Positions 25,262-38,879 of a stretch of 64,000 nucleotides of DNA are shown piece by piece. How positions within the stretch are numbered: position 1 is the first letter of the stretch; the number at the start of each line of letters is the position of its first letter. The position numbers and the translations under genes are program-made. The stretch comes from Octopus sinensis (Eukaryota). The stretch covers positions 85,684,001-85,748,000 of the forward strand of contig NC_043001.1 in NCBI RefSeq assembly GCF_006345805.1. Reading direction: 5' to 3'. The notes beneath the pieces are model-generated. The model was not told the origin of the DNA. It ran no database searches and was given only the letters and a program-made list of their open reading frames with translations.

Positions 25262-26494
25262 GCAGATACTCTCATGGAATATGACCAAATGAGGTTTATT
25301 TTCGATATACTTCCCCTTCTGATTCCCGCACTTCCTCTATTGGCGTTGCTGTGGTTGGATCCCTTCGGAGAAGAAGCGTTCATCTTGTTGGTCGAAAAAA
25401 GATAGCAACACCAGATATGGCGTCATCATGACTACGATATTGGTTCCCAGCTAAGCGCTTTTCCATGTTGGGTAATAGATGATAGATCGGTGGGGCCAAA
25501 TCAGGAGAGTAGGGATGTTTATCAACCAGTTCAAATTCACATTCACGCACAGCTGCTATTGGGATCAAGGACATGAGTGCTGGAATATCGTCCTCCTGAA
25601 GCAAAACACATTTTGTCAGTTTTACTGGACATTTTCTCTACATAACCTTCCCTAACTCTCCCAGCAAGGTAGCATAGTACTCTCCATTTATGGTGTAACC
25701 CTTTTGAGGATACTTAATTAAAAAAATCCTTTTTGACATTCAATAAACGCAATGCATTTTGCTTCCCTAAAAGCCTAGATCATCTCTCCTGCAGATGAAA
25801 CGACCTTAGCTTTGTTTGGAAAAGGTGATTTGAAGTGCTTCCACAGCATAGAATATCTCATTGCTTCTGTTTCAAAGTGATGAACCCAACACTCGTTCTG
25901 CAGTAGAAAACTTTCAAGGAATCCAGCTGGATTTGCTTCGAAGAATATCAGGATTTCTCGTGGCGTGATCAAGCTGGTGTGCCTTTAATCACTCACCGAG
26001 CAGAAACCTTCATCAGGCCAAGTTCCTTGTGCAGAATATTCTAAAGTCACTTGCAGGATACGCTAATAGCATTGGTTATTTGATTTATAGCTGTCCATCA
26101 TTCTGTAGTGAACACAATTGTGGTTTTCCTCGGTGGTGGCATTTGCAGAACGTCCAGACTTTGGTTCATTTTCAAGCTGCTCCCTTCCTATCTAAACTTC
26201 AGCTGCTGACTTTGCACTGTTCATTAACCTGGAGCATCACTCCCTGATGTGGCAATAGTATGAACATAAATGTCACCAGGGGCTAAAATCTTTTTACTGC
26301 CAAATTTTGACAATGCCAAATTTTGTCGATTTTCAAGAGCAGTCCTATTAGTCTTCTTTGAACAAATATCAGGTATCTTGAGAGAAAGAATGCAGTTGTT
26401 AATAAGGTAAGTCGAAACTAATGCATGCAAGGTTTCACAGCTGTAGCGTCCACCTTCATAATCAGCTTATGAACTTTTCAGCCCAATCTTGTAT
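25262..26494 (-). mobile_element. Degenerate mariner (DD34D-type) transposon
   Basis: ORF pieces ECWVHHFETE...S.LWKH..SP.P.KAKVVSSAG and HPYSPDLAP..YHLLPNMEK.LAG; terminal sequence TACAAGATTGGGCTGAAAAGTTC at about 26493. Confidence 0.88.
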
Positions 26495-28316
26495 ATGCAT
26501 GTATGTGTATTTGTGTATGTACGCGTGTGTATAGGTGTGTGTATGTGTGTGTGTGCACGCATGTATGTCACTTTATATCTGTGTTTGTCAGCCGCTCTAC
26601 TCTATTCGTTGAATACCAGGGCTAGTGTTTACCTTACTGTAACCTAGCGTTCAGCAAAAAGTTAACGATAGAAAAATACGCAAACCATATTTTTTGTATT
26701 TGGAGTTTGTTCAACTAAAACTCTTCAAGGAGGTTCCCCGGCATAGCCGTAGTACAAAGACTGGAGTACATAGTTTCATAATTGTCTCCCGTTTTTCTTC
26801 TTTACAAGAATTATCCTCCCGTTACGAATGTAGTTTTTTAATTGATTCAACATTTAATTTTCAGCTGAAGCCCACACTTCGCAAATGAATATATAACTAA
26901 CATCAAAGTAATCAATAAATTCTATTGTTATAGCAACGAGTAACAATATACAATATGGATGAATAATTTGAATGTGTTGACCGAAAACCATAACCGCAAC
27001 GAAAATTTACTGAAGAATTTACAGAGATTAAAACAATCAAGAAAATTTAACAATAACAAAAGAGCAGCATTGTGTAACACTAAGCAGACATCAGATTAGG
27101 AAAGATAATTACTTTGTTGACAAGCTAACAGCCTGTGGTTAATAAAATAACTGGAATATTGATTAAAGACTTACGTGCTCCGTTTGTAGTGTTTTCATTT
27201 GGTTACAAAAATGGAATGAAATATGAAAAATTGATTGTAATGGCAAATTAACATTTGTGCTAGAGAGATTTTTCTCGTATTTATTTCCAAAACTTTTGTT
27301 TTGATTCAATATGTTTATCTTAAAATTTGTGTTTAATGTTTGTAGTTGTTGTTGTTGTTGTTGTCGCTATTGTTCTTGTTATTGTCTATTTTCAGGCTGG
27401 TTATGATCAAGTGAAATTTTGCTTAAACTTGTACAGAAACTATAATTATGCAATTTTCGTTTTAGGCATTAACCTATTACTTCGTAATTTTAAAGTTGCC
27501 ATCTCTAGCAGGTATGTATGAGCACATACAGACTGTTATTGTCTCGTTGCTTAAAATTGCTCATGGTATTGCGTTTGTTGATGTTATAGGCTGAAGTCTG
27601 TCTATTCTTTACATTTAATTTCATTTTTCTATACAGTGCCATATACACCAATCTTTACAACACTCTTCAACCTGCAGTGCCTTAACGTCACTACTTCGTC
27701 ACTACACTTTTTTACAACACTCTCCTCATTTCCATTTTATGATACTGTCTTTACCGCTACTATACAAGATATTTTCCACTACATAGAGTTAGGTGATCGT
27801 TAACATACTTAATGTAGTAACTCTAAACATGCATACGCAATTTTTAATGAAACACAAATAACAGCCCGATTAATAAATGCATTATTACTATCAATGAACA
27901 TTTTGTTCTCTTTTTGCTGTATTTATTGTTTGCCGTATTTAATAATTTATGTCTCGAGAGAGACGCTGTGGGTCATGTTTACAGACTATCGGGCTATCAG
28001 TACAAGGGTTGGTAGAAACTATCTCATCACAAGAAATGAACAGTATATGTGGGCAAAATAATGAATCATGCTAACTTACTTTACATTGCTTAAACAAGTA
28101 TCTGAAATAGATGCACCTTACAATTGAAGGAAGCATGTGGGCTGTGTAAATAACTAGTAATATATTATTTGAAGTGTTCAGCTCAAATCTTGTTTTGTCC
28201 TTCGGAGAATACAATGACAACTCAGTAACTAATTAGATAAGTGATACATCCATTCAGAGTTGAGTTCATTGTATCATGTCTTTCAAATAGCCGTCAGATC
28301 TCCCTTCGCTTCGTTA

Positions 28317-29303
28317 CTAGAAGAAAGAAAAAGAAATCCTGCTAAATATGCAGTATTTCTGCTAATTAAATTTATGAGCGGTATCTTGTAAGTCTTTTCT
28401 ATTTACAATGAGACAGGTGTAACTGGAGCTTTTCAACATACATGGACAAAATCAGCCGGTAGCCATATGTCAATGTTATTTCGTCTAGGTATATCTTAAA
28501 GAATATTTGAATATATATATCTTAAAGAATAAATGGCCAATAGATTATAGCTAGTAATTTACCTAAACAGTTTCATTTCTTACAGACTACAAACGCTGTC
28601 TTTCATTTCAATTCTACAGAAAGAAACCGAACAAATGTTTCCTCTATATCCAGGAATTTCAATTCATTGTTACTCTATCACGAAGCGAATTTCTGTAGAG
28701 TGTACGATATATTAAACTTCAAAATATATTGCATCGTTCTTGCTTTTATTTTTGTTTCTGTATGACTTGCAATAGTGAAAGTACGTAGCATAGTGGTTAG
28801 GGTATTCGGCTAGAAGAAAGAAAAAGAAATCCTGCTAAATATGCAGTATTTCTGCTAATTAAATTTATGAGCGGTATCTTGTAAGTCTTTTCTATTTACA
28901 ATGAGACAGGTGTAACTGGAGCTTTTCAACATACATGGACAAAATCAGCCGGTAGCCATATGTCAATGTTATTTCGTCTAGGTATATCTTAAGAATATTT
29001 GAATATATATATCTTAAAGAATAAATGGCCAATAGATTATAGCTAGTAATTTACCTAAACAGTTTCATTTCTTACAGACTACAAACGCTGTCTTTCATTT
29101 CAATTCTACAGAAAGAAACCGAACAAATGTTTCCTCTATATCCAGGAATTTCAATTCATTGTTACTCTATCACGAAGCGAATTTCTGTAGAGTGTACGAT
29201 ATATTAAACTTCAAAATATATTGCATCGTTCTTGCTTTTATTTTTGTTTCTGTATGACTTGCAATAGTGAAAGTACGTAGCATAGTGGTTAGGGTATTCG
29301 GCT
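28317..29303. repeat. Head-to-tail tandem duplication, 493-bp period
   Basis: 28317-28809 repeats at 28810-29301; the only difference I saw is one A in CTTAAAGAA vs CTTAAGAA. Confidence 0.97.
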
Positions 29304-30846
29304 GAAGAGTCATGAAATTGTGATTTCGATACATGGCGGCGCGATCTATCCTCGATCAAGACATTTTATTTCGTGTTGCTCCAGACCACTCGGCTGGTAA
29401 AAATGTGTTGTACTTGTATTTCAAAGGACCAGCCTTTATTTTATTTAATTTGTCATAAAGGTAGTACATAGAGTAAGGAAGCTTGCGGGCTGGACACGGA
29501 CATTACTGAGATGAATGATGATGATACAAGGATGATAAGAATGGGAGAAGACGAAAAGCGCTCGCCGACTTTTGCTTCTCTAAATATTATATCGAGGCAA
29601 TAAACGTCTACAAATTTCAATAGAAGACACACACACACATTAATGAAGCTATAAACCGCTTACATTTTTGCCGTACAAAACCCTTTTGAGGCAATAAACT
29701 TCTTACAGAAAAATACAATTATTTGCTTTTCTGTCCGACCAGGCTCCTCGCTTCTTCGAAGCACCAAGATGGTTCCAAGCCGGACCACTTTGTCATGTAT
29801 CTAAAGGCGTCCGCTGAGAAGGAATTCCTTATCCTGCACAGATCGGTTTTCCATATGACCCCGGCAGCCACTTGTGAAGGCCACTCAGGGTTCTCCGTGC
29901 AAGACCGAAGCCCCTCCCACGGGCCTTTCGTTTCAAACTCCTTAACAAAGTTCTGCAATGTCCCTCCCTTATGGAAGAGGACCACAAATTGCTCCTATAG
30001 TGGCACTCCCACCGAAGGAGCATCGGGACACACCGTCAGTGTGTCACGAACCGTGTCACGCTGAATCTTCCTGAGATTCCCTAAGTTAAGGGTACGCACG
30101 TCTGTGTAGTGATCAGCCACTTGCACGTTAATTTCGCGTACAGGCTGTTCCGTTGGTCGGCTCAACTGGAACCCTCTTCGTCGATGGGTACCAGTTGTGC
30201 AACTTGCTTGATAGTTAATTTCGGCAATGAAAAATTGCAATTTTCGTTTATGAGCAATAAATTGAGTAATTAAAATCTAATCTGTGTATTTTTAATTAAT
30301 AATCTCAATTTTAGTTAATTTGAATTAGTTTTCGCGTGATTTGTGTAAGAACTACACAAGTGGTATATTTTAATGATAAAATACCATTTAATTCTCAGGA
30401 AACGATGTAGTGAAGCACGCACATACAGATTTAAAGACGTATGGACAAACACATATATTCCTAATCACATGTGCAATATCACAGAAGATCAATAATCTTT
30501 AAGATCTGAGGATGAGATTCTATAAACATTTTGATATAAATATATGTAGAAAAATTATCTGCCCGGCATGTAATGAAAATGCAAATTAGGATTAAAAGAA
30601 ACATGTTTACAAGTTGTCGGTCAATGGCTTGCATTTGCCTAAACATTGATAAGACTTAAGAATGCCATTAATAAGCCACAAGTGTAATCACTTAACATAA
30701 TATGTTCAGCTTACTAGGACTTGTTTTTCTTTCATTTTTAATCAGATGAGTGTGAGATTATGGAGGAGGAAACATAAAACAGCATTAAAACTAAATTAAA
30801 GATATACCTAACCTGTAAAACAGAATTGTTATTAACTTCAGTCATT

Positions 30847-30912
<66 letters not shown>

Positions 30913-31089
30913 TTCCGGTAAATTGGAATGTATTATGCAGTATAGTTTATTAGGCTATTTCATCTAGTATCTGATGTTTCATCTTTCCTAATTACGATCG
31001 ACAGAATTTACAATATGCGTAACAAATCATCTGATACACTGTTTTTCTCATGTAATGTACACACATATACATTTTTAAACGCATATGGG

Positions 31090-31447
31090 TAATGCTGCTG
31101 AGACCCCCTTCGGTCATGACTGACCATAGGGTTGCACCTAGAAAGTTACCCTTCCAGGCAAAAGTCCGGGCAAGGTTGTTTATGGAAGACCAGCAGTCGC
31201 CCATGCATACCAGCTTCCTCTCTCCACGCTACCAGTGTTATCAAAAGGAAATGCAAAAGCCGATACAGCTTGGCACCAGTGACTCATTTCTACAGCTCAT
31301 TTCTACAACTCATTTCTACAGCTGAGTAAAAGTGAAACAAAGTGTCTTGCTTAAGAACACAACACGCAGCCCGGTCCAGGATTCGAACTCACAACCTCAA
31401 GATCGCAAGCTCGACACTCTAACCACACTGAGCCATGCGCCTTCACA
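31090..31447 (-). mobile_element. tRNA-derived SINE
   Basis: TGGCTCAGTGTGGTTAGAG (A box) and GAGTTCGAATCC (B box), followed by TGTGTTCTTAAGCAAGACACTT. Confidence 0.72.
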
Positions 31448-32841
31448 AACGCATATGGAAACTCATAAATATTCCCAAGCACAGATGGGTATATGCATAT
31501 TTTGACAAAATTTAAGATCCGAGAAGATTCTGCTAATAGTTAGAGGGTAATTAGAAAAATTAGTAATTAGTTTCCCTCTGCCCAGTTTTGCTTCTAAGAT
31601 ATGAGTCGACCTGAGGCAATAAAAGGATGTTTCTTGCCGGGATGACACGCGGCGATATGGAAACCGGAATTTCATGATTGTAAGGTGAACTACATATTCA
31701 TTCGGCCATACATTACTTGTATGACATATGCTTGGATGAAGTGTTTTGTTTGTTCAACAGAACTACCAGGTTCATTCAATTAGTGCGTTAACGGCCGAAT
31801 CTTCCCGAGATAGTGTTATGCTTAGTGTAACTGTTACAGTAACATTGTTTGACTTTTCCAAACCTTTAAATTATAGAGTAATTCCATCCAAGTAACTTCA
31901 CATCCATTTTCTGCCTGCCCAGTTTTCTTCCAAGGTATCTCGAAGCAATAAACAAAAATGCCATTATACCCGAGATGAGACGCAGCTTCAAGGAAATTAG
32001 AATACCCTGGTTACAGAGTGAAATTGTAAGACGTTCGGTTATACTGTAATTACATACGTCTATACATTTATGCAATTACATATCTATCGTGTTTTTTATG
32101 GAAAATCTTGGTTTTTCAAATTTGTTTCATCTTTATCACTGTGACACTTGTGATAACTCAGAGCATCCAATATTAATATTTTATAAAGCTCAAGGCGGCG
32201 AACTGGCAGAAGCGTTAGCACGCCGGAGAAAAATGCTTAACAGCATTTCGTCCCTCTTTATTTTCTGAGTTCAAATTCCACCGAATCGAGTTTGCTGAGG
32301 TTCACTTCGCTTTTTATTCTTTCGAGGTCGATAAAATAAATACTAGCTTAGGTCTGGGGTCGATATTATCGAGTTGACCATTCACCTGAAATTACTAGCT
32401 CTCTGCTAAAATTTGAAAGCAATACTTTATATAGCACACGTTACAGAGTTTTGAATCACATTAGGGTGATATGCATTGTAGAATACGTTATACATTGTAC
32501 AACACGTGTATATCTTCCACTGCTCCTGCATTTACATGTACGGACATTTTTTTCATTCTTTTATTCATTTAGGCTTTCACTCGCGTTGGACTACGCCCAT
32601 ACTGGGACATTACCTTGAAGGGATTAGTCAAACAAATCGACCCCGATACATATATATGTCGATTCGTCAAACAAATCGACATATATATAATCAGCCGAAA
32701 CTTCAAAGATAATCTGGTACTCGACTGAGGAAAGAAAACTCCGAATGACCCCTCCTAGTTTTTTTTGTATTGTCTATCTGGATGTTTTTTCCATTTTGTA
32801 CCACCTGTCTGGATGTTTTGCGTTCTTGTCCCATTTTGTAT

Positions 32842-32877
<36 letters not shown>

Positions 32878-34274
32878 ATATATATTATATATATATATAA
32901 GTACGTTATGTATATATGTGTATATATACATATTGTAGTCTATACATATTTGTAATTTATGTGTATGTATATGTGCGTGTGCATTCTTTATTCTTTTATT
33001 CTTCTAATTGTTTCAATCATTTGATTGCGGCCATGCTGGATCCCCGACTTGAAGGATTTTAGTCGAACACATCGATCGTAGGACTTGTTTTGTTAAATCT
33101 AGTACTTATTCTATCAAAGTCTTTTACTGAATTGCTAGTTTAAGGGGACGTAAATACACCAACACCGTTTGTCAAGTGGTGAACAAGGACAAACACAGAC
33201 ACAAAGACACACACATATAGATAGTTATATACATATCTGTCTACCAAATCGGCTCACAAGGCTCTTGTCGACCCGAATCTATAGTAGAAGACAATGGCAT
33301 TAGGTGTCCCGGAGTCATCTGGTTGTGAACCAAACCTCTTACCACATTACTACACAGCTACGCCTGCACCTACGACAATCTTCCACGTATTTTATGCCTA
33401 CCAACTTCGCTCACAAAAGTAGTGACTTCCTCAATGTGTCTCACTGTGGCACTGAACTGGGAACCAAGTAGTTGCAAGGCAAACTTCTTATCAACACAAC
33501 AGAGATCATCATTTGATTAAAAGATAAAAAAAATAGCTCTGTGAATTATAAATAAAAAATACTGCAATGCTACAATTTTCATTGTTCACAATACTTGCAT
33601 TATATAAAGTGAAACAATACAGTAACAATGCATTCTTTATATATGTTTTTTCTTCTACTTGCTGCGTCAAAGGAGAGGGACAAACTATCTCCCCGGCGCC
33701 ATCCACGACATTATTTTTCTTATTTATGTCGGGTATTCTGCAGTATAATCGATGTGCCATTAAAGAAGAGCTCGGCTTTATCAGACATTTTTTCCAGATA
33801 TTATATATCTAGGATTACATTATCTACTGTGTTCTTTCATTTTTGATTGTGTAGTGTACGATTTCAGGCCGGCTTTCCAGCTATTTCTGATACATCATTG
33901 GCTTTTCATGTCGTTGTTATGGTTGTTGTTATTGTGGTTGTCGTTGTTATCTTCTTCTTCTTCTTCTTCTTCTTCTTCTTCTTCTTCTTCCAATCAGGAC
34001 TCACGCCATTAGCCACAAAATATAATCTCTAATCCGAGCCTATTCTAAGCTACTAAGACTGCGCGTGGCAACTTGAAGATCCATCCACCACACGCGATAG
34101 ACTAGTGGTTGCACGGGCGCGAAAGCTACGTTGATATCCTCATCCTAAACGATGGATTTTAACGGGTGGAGAGCTGAACCATCCTGGGGTCAGAGGATTC
34201 GCTATCTAGACTAGGGTCCGAAAGTTTACAACACCATAGTGAGTTACACCATGGTTACTCTGCTTTGAGGCAGA

Positions 34275-34461
34275 AGTAGGAAGAAAGTGTGAAAGTTGTG
34301 GTGAAAGGGTACAGCGGGGTTCACCACCACCACCCCGTCGGAGCCTAGTGGAGCTTAGGTGTTTTTGCTCAATAAACACTCAAAATGCCCGGTCTGGGAA
34401 TCGAAACCGCGTTCTTACGACCACGAGTCCGCTGCCCTAACCACTGGCCCATTGCGCCTCC
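34275..34461 (-). mobile_element. tRNA-derived SINE, family 1, 5' part
   Basis: Aligns with 7600-7779. Confidence 0.8.
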
Positions 34462-35549
34462 ACTGTGGTTGTTGTTGTTTTCTTCTTTGCTATGTTGCTA
34501 TTGTCGTCTCTCTTGTCTTAGTTTTTGCCGATATTGTTGTTACTATAGGTGCAAGCGTAGCTGAGTGGTAAGAAGCTTGCCTCCCAACCACATCGTTCCG
34601 GGTTCAGTTCCTTGAATGCTTAGGGAATACATTCACAAGTTACCAGTTGTGTGGCGTTAAATTTCGATCTCTCTCCTGTAGTGCTTTGATATTATTTATA
34701 GAAACTAAGTTTATAGGTTTCCATAACAGAATATATGGAGATGAAGTCTTGGTGGGAGCATTTAATATGTCTTTATAAATTTCCAGTAAATAGAGATTAT
34801 ATATGTAGATACAAAGTAGAAGTATTATAGTCGTTTAAACATTTACTTTGTTAAAATATTTTTTTGCTTTGAAACCTTATATGCTGACAATAAATCTTAG
34901 ATGACCTTATGTATTCACTTTGCTGTATAGAGACTATATGATTTACGCAAATTATGTAAAAGCACTTTTGTATGGACACTAATTGTAAGTGGACACTCCG
35001 TGTGCGTTATCAACATATTTTAAAGAAAGTGTGTGTAGACATTAGTTCTTTGTAGTCACCTATAGTGTGTAGACACAGGCTCTAGATAACAAAGGAATAT
35101 GCAGACCCTTCACGTCGCTCTTTCTCCTTTCCACTTCTCCCTCTCTTTCTCTCTCATTATCTGATAGTAAACGCTGTCTATGCGTAAACAAGTTATGTAC
35201 ACAGTACAACAGAACTTCAACAGAATAAAATTACTGATAATCGATACTGTCCCATTCAATTGTCATTTGACACTGTATGTTATAGTAATGTCCGTCTTAA
35301 GTTCAAACACTAGAATGTCTATTGAATCTAAACGCTTTGTATGGGAGCTATTTTTTTTCTATTCCCTATCCTCTTTACAGATTAGATTAATTTCTCTTCA
35401 AATCCGAAATAACACAAAAATGTGTATATGTGACAGTTTATCGATGCCAGAATATCAATTACTGTCGATATATAAATTACATCTCAATATATAATGAAAC
35501 CTGACTGACATATAATTAGCAACACAAGGGATCCTTGTGTCCTAGCTTT

Positions 35550-35768
35550 TACCTATTTCTTTACTACACACAAGGGGCTAAACACAGAGAAGACAAACAA
35601 GGACAAACGGATTAAGTCGATTACATCGGCCCCACTGCGTAACTGATACTTAATTTATCGAACCCAAAAGGATGAAAGGCAAAGTCGACCTCGGCCGAAT
35701 TTGAACTCAGAACGTAACAGCTACGTATTTCGCCCAGCGTGCTAACGATTCTGCCAGCTCGCCGCCTT
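35550..35768 (-). mobile_element. tRNA-derived SINE, family 2 copy
   Basis: Aligns with 55165-55395. Confidence 0.85.
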
Positions 35769-36825
35769 GCCACTGTTGCAATAATATTTCATTGTCTACA
35801 CCATCAAGGATAAATCGTTTATTGTTGCTAATTGTGTAACGTGTAAATGTAACTTGTTACGTTCATTCCAAACCATTTTAGAAATTATACAACCGTTAAT
35901 GTCGGATGATAATACCACAATTCAGTTCCAGATATTTCAAAACATCTGAAACCTTAGTTATCACACTGTTATGAATAATATGTCACTTTCTAGTTTAGTT
36001 ATTTTGTATGTTTTGCTCCGTATACACTAGCTTTAATGTAAAGTTAGTTTTCATACTGGCTCGTTATAGCAAGCTATCACAGCTTGTTTGAATATATCGA
36101 TATCAGATAATATGTTAGTCATTTCCCCTATATTATCTAAAATTATTTTATGAACGTACATCTAAATAATCACGACTATCATGTTTTTTTAGGTCCTTTA
36201 ATAGAATCAATTCTACGTCGTTAACCCACGGCGTCTCTATGCTAAAGTATGGTGGAATCGATGAACTACAAAATGTAGTATTCAGTAAAGGATCACCAAA
36301 ATCCACATTCTTTTGATCGAACAGTTTCAATTAATACAGATATTTAGTATATGTGGTGCTAAACAGGATATACAAAATTGTTTCTCTTTGCAGTCGTATA
36401 TGAAAATATTCACCCTGACATTTCAAGCTTCGTTCATACACCCTTCTCCAGTTATTGCTCAGAGCAACAAGTTTCTGCATGAAACTGCACTATTAAGTAA
36501 AGTGTGTGCCAAATATGATTAACCAATCAGAGAAATCTAGCACACGAAATGTTCTCAAAAAGAAACTCAGTGACCACCTACTCAAATGTGACCAACGATA
36601 AGCAAGTCATTTGGAGTGCATTATACTAGATGTCTCAGCAGTAACAACCAAATCTTTATATTTCTCTCTCTTTCTCTCGACTGAACGATCAAAAATAACA
36701 AGCAATGCACCACTTTCGCTTGAATAAATAGCCTATCGTATCCTATGAGTACATTTTCTCGTTTGTGCTTCTAATCGTATATAGATTGATATTTTGTGTT
36801 TGCGTGCGTGCTTCTGTATGTGTGA

Positions 36826-36870
<45 letters not shown>

Positions 36871-36877
36871 TATGTCT

Positions 36878-36879
<2 letters not shown>

Positions 36880-36911
<32 letters not shown>

Positions 36912-38180
36912 AATACTTATTGTTAAATCAATGAATAGGTTTCAAGCTAGTATCCATGTATTTGGGCCCAAAAACCTGCGGAAACACGATGTAAATCGCA
37001 GCCTGCAGAAATTTCTCCTGGGAGTGACTATATATACTTACCACATAATGGAATACCATGGATTATAGTAACACCTTAACATGAAGTTCTTACCATTCCT
37101 TACTATGTCTACTACATTATTTTATTTTATTTTATTTTATTTTACGCTACTCTTATTTTGACTTCCTTTCCCACATGTTAGTTTCCTAATATTTGGATTC
37201 CCTGAAGAAGCCTTGGGGCTCAACCATTGTCCAATGTTTGTTCATCCCTGAATATCACGGACGTGATGAAGATAACTTGGAAAATTTGGATTCATCGTGG
37301 TTGAAATGGCTGTAAGAGTTTAGTATCTGTACACTCATCATTTACTTATTTATCGGCTTCTTTCATTCGGTTACTTGAATCACTTTCATATATGTTTGTA
37401 TTCAATTGATAAATAGATATAATTCAATGTTTACTGGCTGATGTTTGCCGATCGTTTATCCTCTCCATTTTCTTATTTGTTTTATATATATATATATATA
37501 TACATGCACACATATGCACATTTGTTGAATGTGTGTGTGTGTGTTGTGTGTGTGTGTGTGTTTAATACTTATTGTTAAATCAAGGAATAGGTTTCAAGCT
37601 AGTATCCATGTATTTGGGCCCAAAAACCTGCGGAAACACGATGTAAATCGCAGCCTGCAGAAATTTCTCCTGGGAGTGACTATATATACTTACCACATAA
37701 TGGAATACCATGGATTATAGTAACACCTTAACATGAAGTTCTTACCATTCCTTACTATGTCTACTACATTATTTTATTTTACTTTATTTTATTTTACGCT
37801 ACTCTTATTTTGACTTCCTTTCCCACATGTTAGTTTCCTAATATTTGGATTCCCTGAAGAAGCCTTGGGGCTCAACCATTGTCCAATGTTTGTTCATCCC
37901 TGAATATCACGGACGTGATGAAGATAACTTGGAAAATTTGGATTCATCGTGGTTGAAATGGCTGTAAGAGTTTAGTATCTGTACACTCATCATTTACTTA
38001 TTTATCGGCTTCTTTCATTCGGTTACTTGAATCACTTTCATATATGTTTGTATTCAATTGATAAATAGATATAATTCAATGTTTACTGGCTGATGTTTGC
38101 CGATCGTTTATCCTCTCCATTTTCTTATTTGTTTTATATATATATATATATATACATGCACACATATGCACATTTGTTGA

Positions 38181-38215
<35 letters not shown>
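36880..38215. repeat. Head-to-tail tandem duplication, 652-bp period, bounded by (TG)n tracts
   Basis: 36909-37560 repeats from 37561; two substitutions seen (caATgaa/caAGgaa; ttttaTttt/ttttaCttt). Confidence 0.97.
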
Positions 38216-38219
<4 letters not shown>

Positions 38220-38293
38220 TGTGTTCATGCGCATGTGTGTGAGGTCCTTCAGGAACAAAAAGAGAAACAAATGCATTTTTTAGTAAATTTTCT

Positions 38294-38299
38294 TTTATT
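38294..38299 (-). terminator. Candidate polyadenylation signal AATAAA, gene B
   Basis: First AATAAA I could find, about 415 nt after the stop; AT-rich context makes it less certain. Confidence 0.4.
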
Positions 38300-38714
38300 A
38301 TTCTGATTTCATTTTTCTTCAAACAGCATTTTTATATTATATAGCATTTTTCAGTCTAACGTCTAATCCTTACATACATATTTTAAACATATCATCAATA
38401 TTCGGACACAATGCTACACCATTAATTGAATCGTCAAAGTGATGTAGCAGGTCAAATTGTCAACGCTATTCTAACATATCAGTGATGATAATTTCTGTCG
38501 ACAAAATTTTCACATAGATTCTCAGAATTATGTGATTATTCTTTCATACATTTTACGTTTATATTTTTCTTCTAGAGACTGAACGAATTTTGTAAAACTA
38601 TTCTGTAAAACTATATATATTCTTGTTTGTGTTTTTGGTATGGTTGAAGTTTATGGTTTCATATTCTCAATCCAATTGCTGTTATTGATAACGATTGCTT
38701 TGTATTGCAAATCT

Positions 38715-38879
38715 TTAGAAATCAGTTTGACATCTCCTTTGCAAGTAACTGGACAACTTAGAATGGTTCATCACACGTTCTCTCAGTGACATCAGTTTAG
38801 GATAGCTGCTCAGGAAAGATGAGTTTTCCATCATTGGATTTTCAAGGGCGCAATAGCACATCATATCTGCCATGGATAT
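38715..38879 (-). CDS. S-crystallin B exon 6
   Basis: Acceptor TTCATAG; TAA at 38717-38715; 165 nt. Confidence 0.96.
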   Translation of the reverse strand: MSMADMMCYCALENPMMENSSFLSSYPKLMSLRERVMNHSKLSSYLQRRCQTDF

